DNA of 64,000 bases from Botryllus schlosseri (GCA_051294905.1 CM119372.1:38504001-38568000), one strand, 5' to 3'. Shown: positions 13,344-26,694, counted from the stretch's first letter. The notes: generated by a model not told the origin, from the sequence alone. Numbers and translations are program-made.

Positions 13344-14516
13344 ATCTACTCCCTTGGATTTTCGGAATCAGTGTGACAGTCACATTCGATTAATATCAGT
13401 TATAATAAATTCGAAGCTTCTTATACAAGGAATTGCGTTATCCTTGGTGGAGGCTTGGCCCGTCTGCGTCTTACCTCTCGTTTCGAGCTTTATTTTCGAA
13501 CAATAAATACCAGTTTATACAGAGAAAATGTGGCGCACACGAGGAATCCCATGCAGTGAGATCGAATTAGTGCTACCATGACGTCACGAATTTCCAATTG
13601 TGACGTAACAGTTGATTGGCATGTATTGCTCTTTGAGAGTTGAGATGGAAAAAATAGGGCCAATATGGCTCTTCGGGCAAAAAACCTTCCCGACCACTGG
13701 GTTATTAGATAGAATATAATGGGTTGCGGGTGAGTTTGTGGTATGGGTGATGATTCGTTTTAGGTTCATAAAGTGACATACTGAAGCTTCGGATGGTAAA
13801 TTTGAGCGATTCCTTTAAAATGAGATGTAAACTAGAAAAATATATCATAATTGATTTGTAGATCATCGCAATTTTTGGTGCAATAATTGATTGATGTTTT
13901 GTATTATATCTCCATTAACAGTTTGAATTAGTTTAAGGTGGTATCATGAATCCAAGGGGCATTGTGGCAGCAGTTAAAGAAGTGGCCGGTTCGCATAAAA
14001 CGTCCATCATCATGATGGTTATTTACATCGGCATGATGCTTTTGGAGGAGTTCGTCTATGAAGATATATTTGTTTGCAGCTGTGAGAATGGTGCGAATAT
14101 TTGATTACACAATGCTTTATTCGAGTCGAATTCGAAGTAAAGCGAAAGTCGGATTTTTTGATACGGGCTATCGAAATTTCGTCTCTGAATTATTATTTAC
14201 CATCGTAAGATTTGCCTCGATTATTAACCATGTTATATAATCGCAGCAAAAATAACCTTCCCACACACTGTAATTGAAACAAATGAATAATCCTGATAAT
14301 TTGCCCAAATTGAAGCTACAGAGCCAATTAAAATTGTAAACTACAAATTTAGCTCTGGAATTTGTCTTATGATATTCAGTAACTAGAATGTCAAAAATAA
14401 TTTTTGACAAAATCACTAAATTTTGCTGACCTAAAATATGCATCGTTCTCACAATTTTAGAAGAAAATATTACATAAAATCTCATAACCTCGGCGCTTTA
14501 TGTTACAATAGCTTTC

Positions 14517-17019
14517 GGGCCATTCCATACACAGACAAACGATGTTCACATTACTACCTCTTCAAATCTCCTGAAATTTGGTACACGAAGAGATGAGCTT
14601 ATTCCAAACAGGATGAACTTTATTTTATGAAAATTGGACTTTGGGGTCAAAAGTTACGTCACTTTGAAAATTGACAATTTTCTGCTCATTTTGGATCTGC
14701 ACATCTCAGGCTTTATCAATGAAATATTCAAGAAGGTGTAGCTAGATGTTGGACGACAGTTGAGATACGGCACTTGGATTTATCTGAAGCTTGTCTGATC
14801 GTCTATATTTCCAAGTGAAATTTAATACCTTGTAGGTTAGTGTCATAGGTAAAATTGAGAGGGAAATCTAAAATCAGTCAGGCGTTACACGATTTAGACA
14901 GCGGATTGCTCAAAAACATATTAAAATATTTTGGAAAAAAGGATCTTAAATGAAAGTTTGCTTCAAGGAGAATTCGTTCATTGCTGTTTGATTTTGGTTT
15001 TGAAACTGTGAAATGATGAAATTGCAGTTTTAAGAGCACACTTCATTTGTACATAAAAAGGCAGTACTAGTAGGGCGTGTTCGGACATCGAGTCTGGGGT
15101 GTGTGCGGGCACCATGTCTGGGTGTGTTCGGACTGTTGCCATTCGGACATCGTGTCTGGGGTGTATTAGGACATCATGTCTTGAGTGCGTTCGGAAAGTT
15201 TTGCAACTCGGACATCGTGCCTAAGGTGTGTTCGGAATGTGTTTCCATTTGGACCTCGTGTTTAGGGCGTGTTCGTACATCATGTCTGGGGTGTTAGGAC
15301 TGTGTTTTCACTCGGATATCGGGTCTGGAATATGTTTGTGCTGCGGCAGACATGCCTCAGACCTGATATCTGCGCACTATTTTTATCCGGACATGCTCCG
15401 GTGCTGATACCTGCGCACTAGATACCCCCAGGCATGGTCCGGACTGGATATCTGCACGCTTAATGGACACAGACATGCGTCAGACGTGATATCTGCGTCC
15501 TAAACGACGCATGACCTATATATGACCTACATCTGTAGTTCTTGCTGATATCTGCGATCGCTGGGTAGTGGGTATATCCAAAGCAGTGATAGATGAGTAT
15601 ATGTTCGTGATGCGCAGTATTTTACTCTGGACATGCTTCGGAGCTGATACCTGCCCACCAAATACTCCCAGGCATGGTCCGGACCTGATATCTGCGCGCT
15701 GAATGGACACAGACATGCTTCGGACGTGATACCCGCGTCCCAAATTACGCCTGAACTATATATGACCTCTATGTTTTCGGCTTTTGGTGATATCTGCGAT
15801 AGCTGAGTATATCCACTGTAGCGATAGCTGAGGATATCCACAATTCCACATCCACAGTAGTGGTATCTGTGATAGCTGAGCATATCCACAGTAGTGATAG
15901 CTGTGGATATACTCAGCTATCACTACTGTGGATAGACCCAGCTATCGCAGATATCAGCAAAAACCGCAGACATATGATATAGGTCATGCGTCGTTCAGGA
16001 CGCAGGTATCACGTCTGACGCATGTCCGTCGTCCATAAAGCGCGCAGATATCGTGTCCGGACCATGCCTGGAGGTATTTAGTGCGCAGGTATCAGCACCG
16101 AAGCATGTCCGGATAAAAATAGTGCGCAGACATCAGGTCTGAGGCATGTCTGGCGCAGCACGAACATATCCCAGACACGATGTCCGAGTCACAATACAAT
16201 CGGAACACACCCCAGGCATGATGTCCGAACACCTCCAGACACGATGTCCGAGTTGCAACACATTACGAACACACCCTATGCACGATGTCCGAGTTGCAAA
16301 ACTGTCCAAACGCACCCAAGACATGATGTCCTGAACACACCCCAGACACGATGTGCGAGGAGAAAAACAGTCTGAACTCACCCCAGACATGATGTCCGAA
16401 TGGCACACAGTCTGAACACACCCCAGACATGTTGCCCGCACACACCCCAGACTTCATGTCCGAACACGCCCTACTAGTACTGCATTCCCATGTACAAATG
16501 AAGTGTGCTCTTAAAACTGCAATTTCATCACTTTACAATTTCAAAACCAAAATCAAACAGCTATGAACGAATTTTCCTTGAAGCAAACTTTCATTTAAGA
16601 TCGTTTTTTTCCAAAATATTTTAATATGTTTTTGAGCAATCCGCTGTCTAAATCGTGTAACGCCTGACTGATTTTAGATTTCCCCCTCAATTTAACCTTT
16701 GACCCTAACCTACAGGGTATTAAATTTCACTTGGAAATCAGACAAGCTTCAAGTAAATCCACGTGCCGTTTCTCAACTGTCGTTCAATATCTAGCTACAC
16801 CTTCTTGAATATTTCATTGATAAAACCTGAGATGTGCAGACACGAAATGAGCAGAAAATTGTCAATTTTCAAAGTGACGTAACTTTTGACCCAGAAGTCC
16901 AATTTTCTTAAAATAAAGTTCTTCCTGTTTGGAATAAGCTCATCTCTACGTGTACCAAATTTCAGGACATTTGAAGAGATTGTGATGTGAACATCGTTTG
17001 TCTGTGTATGGAATAGCCC
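14517..17019. mobile_element. 2.5-kb foldback non-autonomous DNA transposon, Sola2-like
   Basis: Arms over 1 kb, beginning GGGCCATTCCATACACAGACAAACGATGTTCACAT and ending ATGTGAACATCGTTTGTCTGTGTATGGAATAGCCC. 4-bp TSD TTTC (14513-14516, 17020-17023). Internal minisatellites (CGGACATCGTGTCTGGGGTGTG-like) and a central hairpin near 15905. Confidence 0.8.
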
Positions 17020-17432
17020 TTTCATATGACACCCTTCGCGAAAATTTTGAAATAAATAAAAAATGAAAGCGAAAATGCTAGTATTTTATTATGCTGGAGC
17101 AATTCCACCAAATTCATAAATCAGAAATGGTATGTTGCATGATAGGATAGGATAAGCTTATACGATAGAGCAAAGATAAAAAAAATTAGGATCAAAATAT
17201 CTTATTTACGCAGCAATTCGAATCTGTCCAAACAGGCACTTCAATTTCACGGTTGAATGAGCAGAAAAACCTGCGATAACTTGAAACTACCTGGATAATT
17301 CATTTAAAAGAAATCAAGATTTACTCATAAAAAGACTAGTTCATGATGTTTTGCCTAATTTCGGCCAAATCTGAAACTTGATGGATACTATATTCATTTT
17401 TGGCTGATTTCACATGAAATTATCCTACATGT

Positions 17433-18504
17433 CAGGGGTTCTCAAGACGCGGCCTGCAGACGCCTATTTGCGGCCCGCAGTATCAATCATCACAACAGCA
17501 ATTACTACTGATATGGTATTGTTAGAAAATTTAGCTTCTTATCTTTTTCATCGCTCAATCTCTGTTTGGTTTATTGGTGATTCATTCTTTGAGTGTTACA
17601 ATCACGACTCACCATCACTATAGCTTGAACAGATGGCGAAAAGGAAAGGGTAATTTACGACGAAACTGGGGTTTCAACTCTTCGTGGAACAATGAAGTTG
17701 CTTTCACAAGGATTTTAAATTTAAAACGACATCACTGACAGTTTAATCTGGAGTTTCGAAAATAAATATCCACCTTGTCCCCTGATCTTGGTAAAAATGT
17801 TGCAAGTGTCAAGCCCAGAAATCAATATTTGGAGGCAATGACGTTACAGAGACATTATTAAAAATTGCTTGAAATATCGCTAAAGCCAATAAGTCAATTA
17901 TGGAAGGTGGCGTTGAAAGACTGTGATTCCGCTGTTTCCGGAATTTAGCAACAAGGATAACATCACCTGGCAAATGTCGAAGCTACAGTTTTCTAATTCA
18001 ACCGTGACCAGAAGAGTAACAGCAATGTCAGTCGATCTTCTATTCTAGTTTCTGAAACACGGTGCCGTGCGTGCTACTCTGGCCTAGCATTGGACGACTC
18101 CACCAACTCGCACAAAGATATTGCATATCTCATAATCTGGCTGAACTTCCTCTGAGTGGACACATTTGTAGAGGAAATTCAGGGTAAACGTGGGAGGGGA
18201 CAGTTGTTCCGCAATGAGGAGCTTTTATCGAGGACCAGTCAAAAACATAAACATGACAAAGCTGACTTGCGCCACTCGAAGATGACTAACTCATCCTAGA
18301 CACAGTAGCTGCAAACAAACGCTGTTCAGTGTTCACTAATGCTTTAGAATACATAAAATGTATTAAACTTCCGAATAAGACTGGTAAATACAGTGAATTT
18401 AATATAGCCTGCAAATAGCCTACATGGTCATAATGTTCTGTGGCCCGCAGCCTGTTTTGCTGTTAAAATGTGGCCTGTTATACATGGGAAGTTGAAAACC
18501 CCTG
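17433..18504 (+). mobile_element. Internally deleted hAT (SPIN/Charlie-like) element with transposase remnants
   Basis: TIRs CAGGGGTTCTCAA / TTGAAAACCCCTG. TSD CTACATGT / CTTTATGT. Remnants MAKRK (~17634) and LALDDSTN..KDIAYL (~18084-18130). Confidence 0.75.
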
Positions 18505-18565
18505 CTTTATGTTATAAATTCAAGGTATACTCTTAGTAACACGTAAACAAAATTATGGTGGCATG

Positions 18566-19790
18566 CAGGGCTTCGGAGCAGCCGTAAATTTGCATTGCTC
18601 CAGCTCCGGCTCCGGAGCTTTCTTCTATCATACATTGGCTCTGGCTCCAGCTCCAGAGCTACATTATTACGACTGCTCCGGCTCCAGCTCCGGATCCGGC
18701 TCTGAAAACTATCGAAGGTGTAGCTGTCTATATCAGGGGTGAGCAACTTGCGGCCTGCGGGTCATATGTGGCCCGCTAGAAGGTTTTGAGTAGCCCGCGA
18801 GCTAATTTCCCATTATATTATCGATATTCTGTTATATTATCGAAATTGAATTGCTCAGATTGTGAAGTCGCTAGGCCAACAAAAAACATGATTAGTATGG
18901 CCGCGACACATGTTGATGACTGTACTAAAATATCAGTTCCGACGCATTGGCAGATCCAGAATCGAGTCACATTTTTAGTAAATCGTCGTACATTAATTTT
19001 TCTTCACGCTTCGCGTGTTTAATTGTAACAAGAGTTTTTTCTCTTTAGTCTACTCCCACCTGAAAATGAAAAAACGCCTGATTTAGCCAATTGAGTCTAA
19101 CTATATTCGCAATTACGAGAGAAAGCATTTTCGCGTTTGCGATCGCAGAAAGATCGTCGACGATGAAATGTAGGGACAAAATGATTGTCGTATATTGGCG
19201 GAAATCTTCGATATCGATATACCCAGATGACGCATAGTCCTTTCCTTGTAGACTGAGCCCAACGGGCGGTATACAGTCGACACGCAATATACCCAAGTAA
19301 TAATAATATTAACTTGGAAAAATTTACGCGCCCGCGCGGCTAGTATGCTGCGCACTCGTTCGTCAATTTCATGAGGCTCTTTAGCCGAAAAGGTTGGCCA
19401 CCCCTTGTCTATATAGATTACTAATTTACCAGTAGGTTAGTTATCTATAGTAATCTAGAATCTGTCAGCTGTCAGTAACATCGGATGCAGCAACGAAGAC
19501 ATAGGTGCCGCCGTGCCGGCTTGTGACGTCATAATGAATACCTGTCAATTCTTAACTTCGCGAAGGCCTGCTGTTGAATTATGTGAACTGAGCAGATATG
19601 GTTGTTGCATATATAATAGCATCTTAAGAAATACGTCGGAGCCGGAGCTACCCCTCAAATAACTGGCTCCAGCTCCGGCTCCGGCTCCAGCTGAATTTTA
19701 TGTAGAGCTCCCGCTCCGGCTCTAGCTCCGGTAAAAACGCACGGCTCCGGGGCTCCGGCTCCGGGCTCCGGCTCCGGCTCCAAAGCCCTG
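18566..19790. mobile_element. hAT MITE with (GGCTCC)n subterminal arrays
   Basis: TIRs CAGGGCTTCGGAGC / GCTCCAAAGCCCTG. Perfect TSD GTGGCATG. Confidence 0.92.
18734..19406. mobile_element. Charlie-type MITE nested in 18566-19790
   Basis: CAGGGGTGAGCAAC ... GTTGGCCACCCCTT. Perfect TSD GTCTATAT. Confidence 0.88.
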
Positions 19791-20230
19791 GTGGCATGTC
19801 TAGGATTTGTCATGTTTTTTCGCCATAAGCAAACACAATATAGCAATTACTTCTCAGAGAGAAAAATGTTTTTTCTTTATAGTCAATTATTCCCTATGCA
19901 ACTGTGCTCTGGATTTATGATGAATATATCGATACAGGCATCCATCCCAATAAAACTTTTCATTTATGATGGCCATAGAAACAATTCGTTTGGTATCGTA
20001 TAAAGAAAATCCACAGGAGTATCATACATGTTGTTGTGCTCAGTCACTGGGTCTGGGTGCTACTGAATACTGAACACTGCGTGTGTATTATGTGGAATAC
20101 AGCAATGCAGCTTGTGAGCTTTTCGAAAGATTTGTCAAAATAAACTGGACTGCTTGATGATGTCGATGTGCGTAACATGCATGTGACTTAATATGTCAGT
20201 GGTTCTATACCTTTTTGTCATAACGGCCCC

Positions 20231-20855
20231 CAGGGTTGTAATGACTCGAGTCATGACTCGACTCAAGTCAGACTCGAGTCACGATTTTTTGATGACTCGA
20301 CTCGAGTCACGATTTTTTGATGACTCGACTCGACTCGAGTCATTTTCTCAAAATTCGGAAATGACTCGACTCGAGTCGAGTCAATCTGTGTATTGACTCG
20401 ACTTGGACTCGAGTCATTGCGCATGACTTGAACCAAGTCATATGACTCGAGATTCAGACGGCCAAGACCGACATTTCATTGTAATTTCGAATAACAGCAT
20501 AGTAGCGACCTTGTTGGGAATACGTCTATTGGTACTGATACATGAGAATGCGACCAGAAACTGTTAAAAGTGAGGAAAATTAGTATATTTATCAATGCGA
20601 ACCATTCGATATCACCAAACAGAGCTATAAGAGTGGGTTTACCAAGACTTTAACTGGAAACTGAGCAGTCAACACAATGACTTGGACTCGGACTCGAGTC
20701 ATAATACCATGACTCGGACTCGAACCTCTGCTCGATGACTTGGACTCGGACTTGACTCGGTGGTGAGTTGAAAATGACTCGACTTGACTCGAGTCAAAAC
20801 CATAAAAGTGAGAATGACTTGTGACTCGGAGCTTTGCGACTTGGTTACAACCCTG
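20231..20855. mobile_element. hAT MITE with GACTCGAGTC arrays, inserted in the 5' end of a Charlie MITE
   Basis: TIRs CAGGGTTGTAA / TTACAACCCTG. TSD ACGGCCCC / GCGGTCCC (6/8). Related fragments at 39365-39647 and ~63960-63994. Confidence 0.85.
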
Positions 20856-21000
20856 GCGGTCCCCTTTTGAACCGTCACGGACCTCCTCCGATCCTCCTAC
20901 ACACACAAGTTTCAGTTCAAATTTAGATCCATTATCGTGCAACTATCATCTGTCTTGATCCGATAGTAACTATAGTCTTGTGATAATCTGCGGCAAAACT

Positions 21001-21257
21001 GAGTGGCGAGATAGCGTAGGGGTATAATCCACGGCTACATCACCAATGGGTTGTGGGTTCGAGGTCGACCGAGGTCGACTCCAGGTCGATTCCTGCAAAG
21101 TGTAGGAGGTTTATCTAGGATCCTCTGGGCCATTTCATCTTAGAACACCGGCCGTGCTACAAGTCGGCAGTTACAAAATAAGCTTCAAGGAATATCGGCC
21201 TAGTGTGAATGACTATTGTAGTCGACAAACACCATGAATACCACAAACAACAAAAAC
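21001..21257 (+). mobile_element. tRNA-derived SINE with (AAC)n tail
   Basis: B-box GGGTTCGAG, core GCCGTGCTACAAGTCGGCAG, 3' end GACAAACACCATGAATACCACAAACAAC. Copies at ~36220-36461 and ~41010-41166. Confidence 0.8.
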
Positions 21258-21276
21258 TTTAACAAAATGACTTTTC

Positions 21277-21961
21277 TTGAAGATAACATCATACTATTTA
21301 TGTGGAAATTATGTGAACTTTGAATATTTCAAAGCTAATTCTGCTGCTGCATCTCTTGAAACACGTAGTCGTGGCTCGAAAATTCGCACCTTCGATTTCA
21401 TAGGAACGAGTGCCGAAAATCCAATTCCACAAAGACATCTGGTCGCGAATGTAATAGTAATGTTGACCACTTCCGACGATACCTTCGGTAGGATCGCAAC
21501 ATATAGGCACCAAAATTGAGAAACAGATTTTTTATTGAACATATATCGTCTAGCTATTCTATCTAGCTCTAGCAGCTCATCTTGAAGTTATTCTGGGATG
21601 GTGGTTATGTATGGCACAGTAGAAATTGGATTTTCGCAAACATTTCGAATTCACCCTGATTGATCTTGGTACTTCAACTTCTTTTCCAAAAAAACCAACA
21701 AAACATTTCTAAACAGATATATGTTTGTATCAGTAGGCAATGTGGCAATTAAAATGAGTTGACACAGTAAGATATTTGATCTCAGACAGCCATTTTGCTG
21801 ATGTCGGTCAGGAAGTTTTAGCAGTAATGAAGCGAAACTGCTTAGTGCTTTCCTTAATTCAGAATATTAAAAATTTAGATTATTAACCAGTTTGCAAATT
21901 CAGCGGTATCGCGGACCCCCTGAAAATGCTTCGGTCTAGGGTTCCCGGTTGAGAACCACTG
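21277..21961 (-). mobile_element. Charlie-type MITE, partial, inverted relative to 27040-27798
   Basis: Ends GGTTGAGAACCACTG; internal blocks align with 27040-27670 in reverse complement. Confidence 0.7.
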
Positions 21962-22126
21962 TACTTGGTAGTCGCATAAATTTCTCCATGACCATCATTT
22001 CGCCATTCCCGCGATAAATCTACGTCTGTAAGCCTACTGTAAATTGTATACAATATATGTAGTATGAAGCCAATAGGTTGGTTTTTATATGTGCAGTGAG
22101 AGAGTAAACACCACTATTTGTTTTAG

Positions 22127-22240
22127 GAAGGGGAATGGCCGTTGGCTCGATTATTGGGTCTATCGCAGTTATGTTCATATTCACTCTCGGATTAGTTCAG
22201 AGAACGGGTATTGCTTGCAGTTGTTCTGCTACGAAAGAAT
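22127..22240 (+). CDS. Exon A of a predicted small membrane protein (hydrophobic signal/TM segment)
   Basis: Acceptor TTTGTTTTAG, donor GTGAGT. ATG at 22135 gives MAVGSIIGSIAVMFIFTLGLVQRTGIACSCSATKE; ends in phase 1. The exon is 114 nt and could also be an internal phase 1-1 exon. Confidence 0.7.
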
Positions 22241-22248
22241 GTGAGTAT

Positions 22249-24074
22249 TAGGGTTATGACTAGAAAAAAAAAATTCAAAATTTTGTGTGTCCTGTAGTCA
22301 CAAACGATGAACTTTTGTGTCCTGATTGCAAAAATACCAAAAGTTAAGACTGCTCAAACAAAAACCTCCCGCACAAAAATTTTCCAGTTTTCACGGTATG
22401 AAGGATAGGCTTTTTTTGTAGATACAGACTAGATAATAAATATACCGACTGATTTGAATTTAACTGACACAATTCCAATTGCGAAGATTTAAAATAGTAT
22501 TTTGGTAAATTTTGATCGCTCGTATTGAATTATTTCTATCGTTTTCTTGCTTACAGTCAAAATTAAATAATTAATAAAGAATTATTAATTTCGATTTTAG
22601 ATGTAGACTGTATGGATCGTATAATTTCAATTCGTTTGACACAAATCGAACTGGTTGCTCGAAAAGACGAACGTAGAACAACTTAACATAATTTCAGCGG
22701 TCTAGAAAACCGATTAGAGGAATATTATTAAGATTTGAAAATGTCATATCATATGTGACTCAGCATCTGTTGATACTAGGCGGCGGAATGACGTTGTTGT
22801 GAAACTTCCAATTGCAATGATGAGCTAGGGTTTTCATAAACCACAATACATTCGTTACCAACATAATATTATCGATTCTCAAAGCATATATCAGAGTTCT
22901 TCAATCCAACATCATCAACAAATTCAACAATCAGCTACAAATTTGGAGATGATATGGTAAAACACTATGAAAACTTGGTACAATCCATCAAGTCCGGATT
23001 CCAAATACAAATATTAGAAAACCGAGGATGGAGGGATGATTTTAAGTTTATCTATGTGCTGTGCAGAGCATGCCGCTCTTTCAGAGAAAATAGTAGATTA
23101 CCAGTAATCAAATGGCATAAACTTCCATCTCTACGCAATGCGAGATGGAGCTCAGGGGCTATAATTCCGTGCTTCCAAGTCCCCAGATGGAGAGTAACTC
23201 TTGAGATATCATGCTTATTCCTCGCCAATGCGTGTCAGGAAGCCTGGTATTCTAACCAGATGTCTATAGATGGAATATACTGGAGCCCGACCGTTTATCG
23301 GTTCGCCGATAATATCGGAACGACTTCACACTTTGAAAGAATTATCGGTATCAGCCATTGAAGCTGAAAAATTATCGGCAATTTTCGTGACGTCACAACA
23401 TGGCAGTAGGAAGTCAGAAAACTATAATGTATGACGGCTGGACTGAGAACATTGATATATGTCACATAGCTTACACTTGACAGGTGTCCAGATGTAGCCT
23501 TTCTAGTTTATTTAATGTTAAAATATAACAATGGCTGTAAAGATGTTCAAATAAATGCTCTGAAGCTTTGAAAATGTGCTTATGTATATCCAACTTCTTT
23601 TGAATATCGGCTGAATGTATTGGGGTTCTTGGTCAAGGTGTGAGATATCGGTTTTATTGGTGTCGACCCAATAATACAACATCGATCGGGCTCTGAGTAT
23701 ACCAAAGATTATTTGCTGCTATTTCTGCGCTCAAATGTCCTGCAGCGATAAAGTGCCTTAAAATCCCATTGGAAGTCGGATATTGTCGTTGTAGATGTCC
23801 CTGGCACTAACATAATAACAGAAAGAGAAGTCAAATTGATGGATGAACTTTACCAGAAGTACAAAAGGACATATATATGAAGATTAAATTTGTAGCAAAG
23901 AATACCTTTGAATTGTAAATTTTTTCTGTATTTGGACCAGTGTCGAAAATTGAAGTTGGTTTGTGTGGGACATTTTTTTCGATTTGAACAAAATGATTAT
24001 AATTTTTTTAATCTTTACCAAAATGCTCATTAATTCCTGCTACAGGCGAAATTTTTTTTCTAGTCATAACCCTA
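22249..24074 (+). mobile_element. Decayed hAT (hATm-like) transposon
   Basis: TIR TAGGGTTATGACTAGAAAAAAAAA at both ends. Perfect TSD GTGAGTAT. Transposase remnants ICDSASVDT..RNDVVVK (~22751), PQYIRYQHNIID (~22841), LPSLRNARWSSGAI (~23125), TNIITEREVKLMDE (~23805). A MITE is nested at ~23281-23695. Confidence 0.9.
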
Positions 24075-24438
24075 GTGAGTATATATAGAATCGCAGAGTG
24101 CGCTGTACTAACAATAGCACGACTGCATAGTAAGCTTGTAGAGCAAGGGTTCTTAAACTTTGGGTTATAAAACTACACTATCCTTATTTTTGACTTATTT
24201 CCTTATATTTCATTGAAAAGTCAGAGCAACCTCAAGGTTTAATATCCAATCAAGGTATGAATGCAAACACTTGCCTGACTTGAACACTTATTATTAGGGA
24301 TGGTACAACTCGCAGAAATACTCGCGGTCGTGAGAATATGGACATCTAAAAAGCTCGCTGGAAGTACGATGGTGAACTAATGACATCATGTGACTTCGCA
24401 TAGCTAGTTCGAAATACCGCATCTCGGAAAGTAGCCTA

Positions 24439-24469
<31 letters not shown>

Positions 24470-24496
24470 AAATTCTAACAAATTCTTTTCTTTCAG

Positions 24497-24511
24497 ATGA
24501 TTCGGGTATCG
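24497..24511 (+). CDS. Micro-exon B, 15 nt (YDSGI)
   Basis: Branch-like CTAAC, TTCTTTTCTTTCAG acceptor, GTAAGC donor; symmetric phase 1. Confidence 0.7.
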
Positions 24512-25113
24512 GTAAGCCAAACTACATTACAATACGCATTTTGGTATAAATAATTCAAATTTGTTGTAGTAGAACGAAAGATACGTACCTGCATTATCGG
24601 GTAGAATGTTCTGTTTTTACTAATCCAAGTAGCTTGCCAGGATTCGAGAAAGAACGTTCAGTGGCAGCAGTTGTTGGCTGGCAACACTGAAGTTGTGCTT
24701 ACATCGCGGGTGACACACAGTGTTGTATTTCCATAACAATTTTTCATCACGCGCTTCTTGATACAAGAACGAATGCCTACGCAGTCTTGCTTCACTTGGG
24801 ATATTGCGATACGTTGAGCATACCACCATGTCAACCCATTTGTTCCATTTGACCGTTTATAATACACAATGAGCAGGCAATGGGCCGTCTACAACAATAG
24901 GCTACAAGATGTAAATGTCAGATGATAACAAACATCTACGACAAACGGAATGCAGGTTGCAAAAAAGTTTAATAAACAATTTCGACACTTTTTTGACCTA
25001 ACGCTACAATTTTGACATGTCAAAAAATCGTTATCATGATCGACATCACACCAAAGTTAGCGTCCATCCGACTCAAAGAAATGGAGGAATATCCGTTCCT
25101 ACAAACTGTATGT

Positions 25114-25728
25114 TAGGGCTGTTCAAAAATATCTTTTTTTCCCGGATTCCAGCCATTCACTGATTAAATTGTCAGGTTACCCTAAAAAACGCTGCACACC
25201 AAATTCGGTTCAATTCTAACAAGTATAGAACTCCGCAGATCCAATTAAAATTTTTAATTTATCATGAAAAATTAAAAAAAAAATTTCAAATTTTTCTGCC
25301 AACCCCATGAAATTGTTGAGCTGTCTTCAAAGACGTTGCAAAATAAATTTGAGTCAATTCCGACCAGTAGAAGCGGAGTTATGTGAGTTTTTCGATGATT
25401 ATCCTCGGATTATCCTTGATTGGTGGATAATCCGCAATTTATCAACGAAAAACTCACATAACTCCGCTTCTACTGGTCGGAATTGACTCAAATTTGTTTT
25501 GCAACGTCTTTGAAGACAGCTCAACAATTTCATGGGGTTGGCAGAAAAATTTGGAATTTTTTTTTTTTAATTTTACATAATAAATTAAAAATTTTAATTG
25601 GATCTGCGGAGTCCTATACTTGTTAGAATTGAACCAAATTTGGTGTGCAGCGTTTTTTAGGGTAACCTGACAATTTAATCAGTGAATGGCTGGAATCCGG
25701 GAAAAAAAGTTATTTTTGAACAGCCCTA
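25114..25728. mobile_element. Fully palindromic hAT MITE, 615 bp
   Basis: TAGGGCTGTTCAAAAAT ... ATTTTTGAACAGCCCTA, with ~300-bp near-perfect arms. Perfect TSD CTGTATGT. Confidence 0.95.
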
Positions 25729-25845
25729 CTGTATGTCCGTTTATCCAAGTTCAAATGTCTATGCCATGTATGATATGTTTGTTAGCGAATCGTTCACCAT
25801 CTGCTTCTTTGTTCGGTAAAACAATAATTTGTGATTCGCATTCAG

Positions 25846-25887
25846 ACGTAGCTACTCAGACAGTTCAAATTGAGATGGAGGAAGCGG
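25846..25887 (+). CDS. Micro-exon C, 42 nt (DVATQTVQIEMEEA)
   Basis: GCATTCAG acceptor, GTGAGT donor; symmetric phase 1. Confidence 0.7.
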
Positions 25888-26673
25888 GTGAGTAATGCCA
25901 TTGATGTATCTCTATATTTCCTTAGCGAATCTACAAAAATCATATTTCTTAATGCCATGCAGTAACACAATCGAACGTTTTCTAAATGTGCTCAACTGGG
26001 CATTTATTAAAAATCAGATCAGTAGTTGAATCCCTATTGTCGCGAAATCTGAATTTTCTCGATTATCATGGAATAAGAATTGGCAGTCGGAATTTTGGTG
26101 AAATTTTGAAGTCCATCAACCCATCGCACATAGTTCACGGGAATGGGAATTACAGCATACTGAGGGCCGTTTCGATTGATTTCTACAATATAGTTGTCAA
26201 TGGACATATTAGCACCAACATGGTATTTATTGAGAAGCGACACGTTAGAATGCGACAGATGAGTATTAAGCGTGGTTATTCTCGGTAATGTCAACACAAT
26301 AAGACCAATTGGATACACGAATAATGATCCCGAGTAAAGTTTGAGTATGCGATATTGAGTAACTGGTTAAGGGTTATAGTTAGCGACAGCATTGGAACAC
26401 GGCGCTGATATAGTAATGACAGTCGATCGTGGTAAATATGAAGTATTTAGGTCAGGAATAAGGATACAGTTAGAGTTAGGGTAGGCGTATAAGGTCACTT
26501 ACACAAGCGCCCCCATGCTACTTGCTCATCTTTCTCCATGCTCACGTGCCCCATACTCATATGTCACCATGGCAATGTGTCCCCCTGCTTATCTGTCGTC
26601 TTGTTAATCTATCTCATGATCAACTGCTGTTTCAATTGTGCCACAAGCCTAAATGCTACACTTTACATTTCAG

Positions 26674-26694
26674 AAAATTCGAACGAGGGAAAAG
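26674..26694 (+). CDS. Micro-exon D, 21 nt (ENSNEGK)
   Basis: CTTTACATTTCAG acceptor, AG|GTGAGT donor; symmetric phase 1. Confidence 0.7.

Larger units (their letters stand above)
10669..13699. mobile_element. Non-autonomous hAT element with an apparent 5-bp TSD (hAT5-like), carrying nested insertions
   Basis: TIRs CAGTGGTCGGGAA / TTCCCGACCACTG. GGTTA at 10664-10668 and 13700-13704. Confidence 0.75.

Noticed and set aside
19655..19846. EPEPE-rich ORF (also 18507..18746)
   Set aside because: Translation of the (GGCTCC)n MITE arrays.
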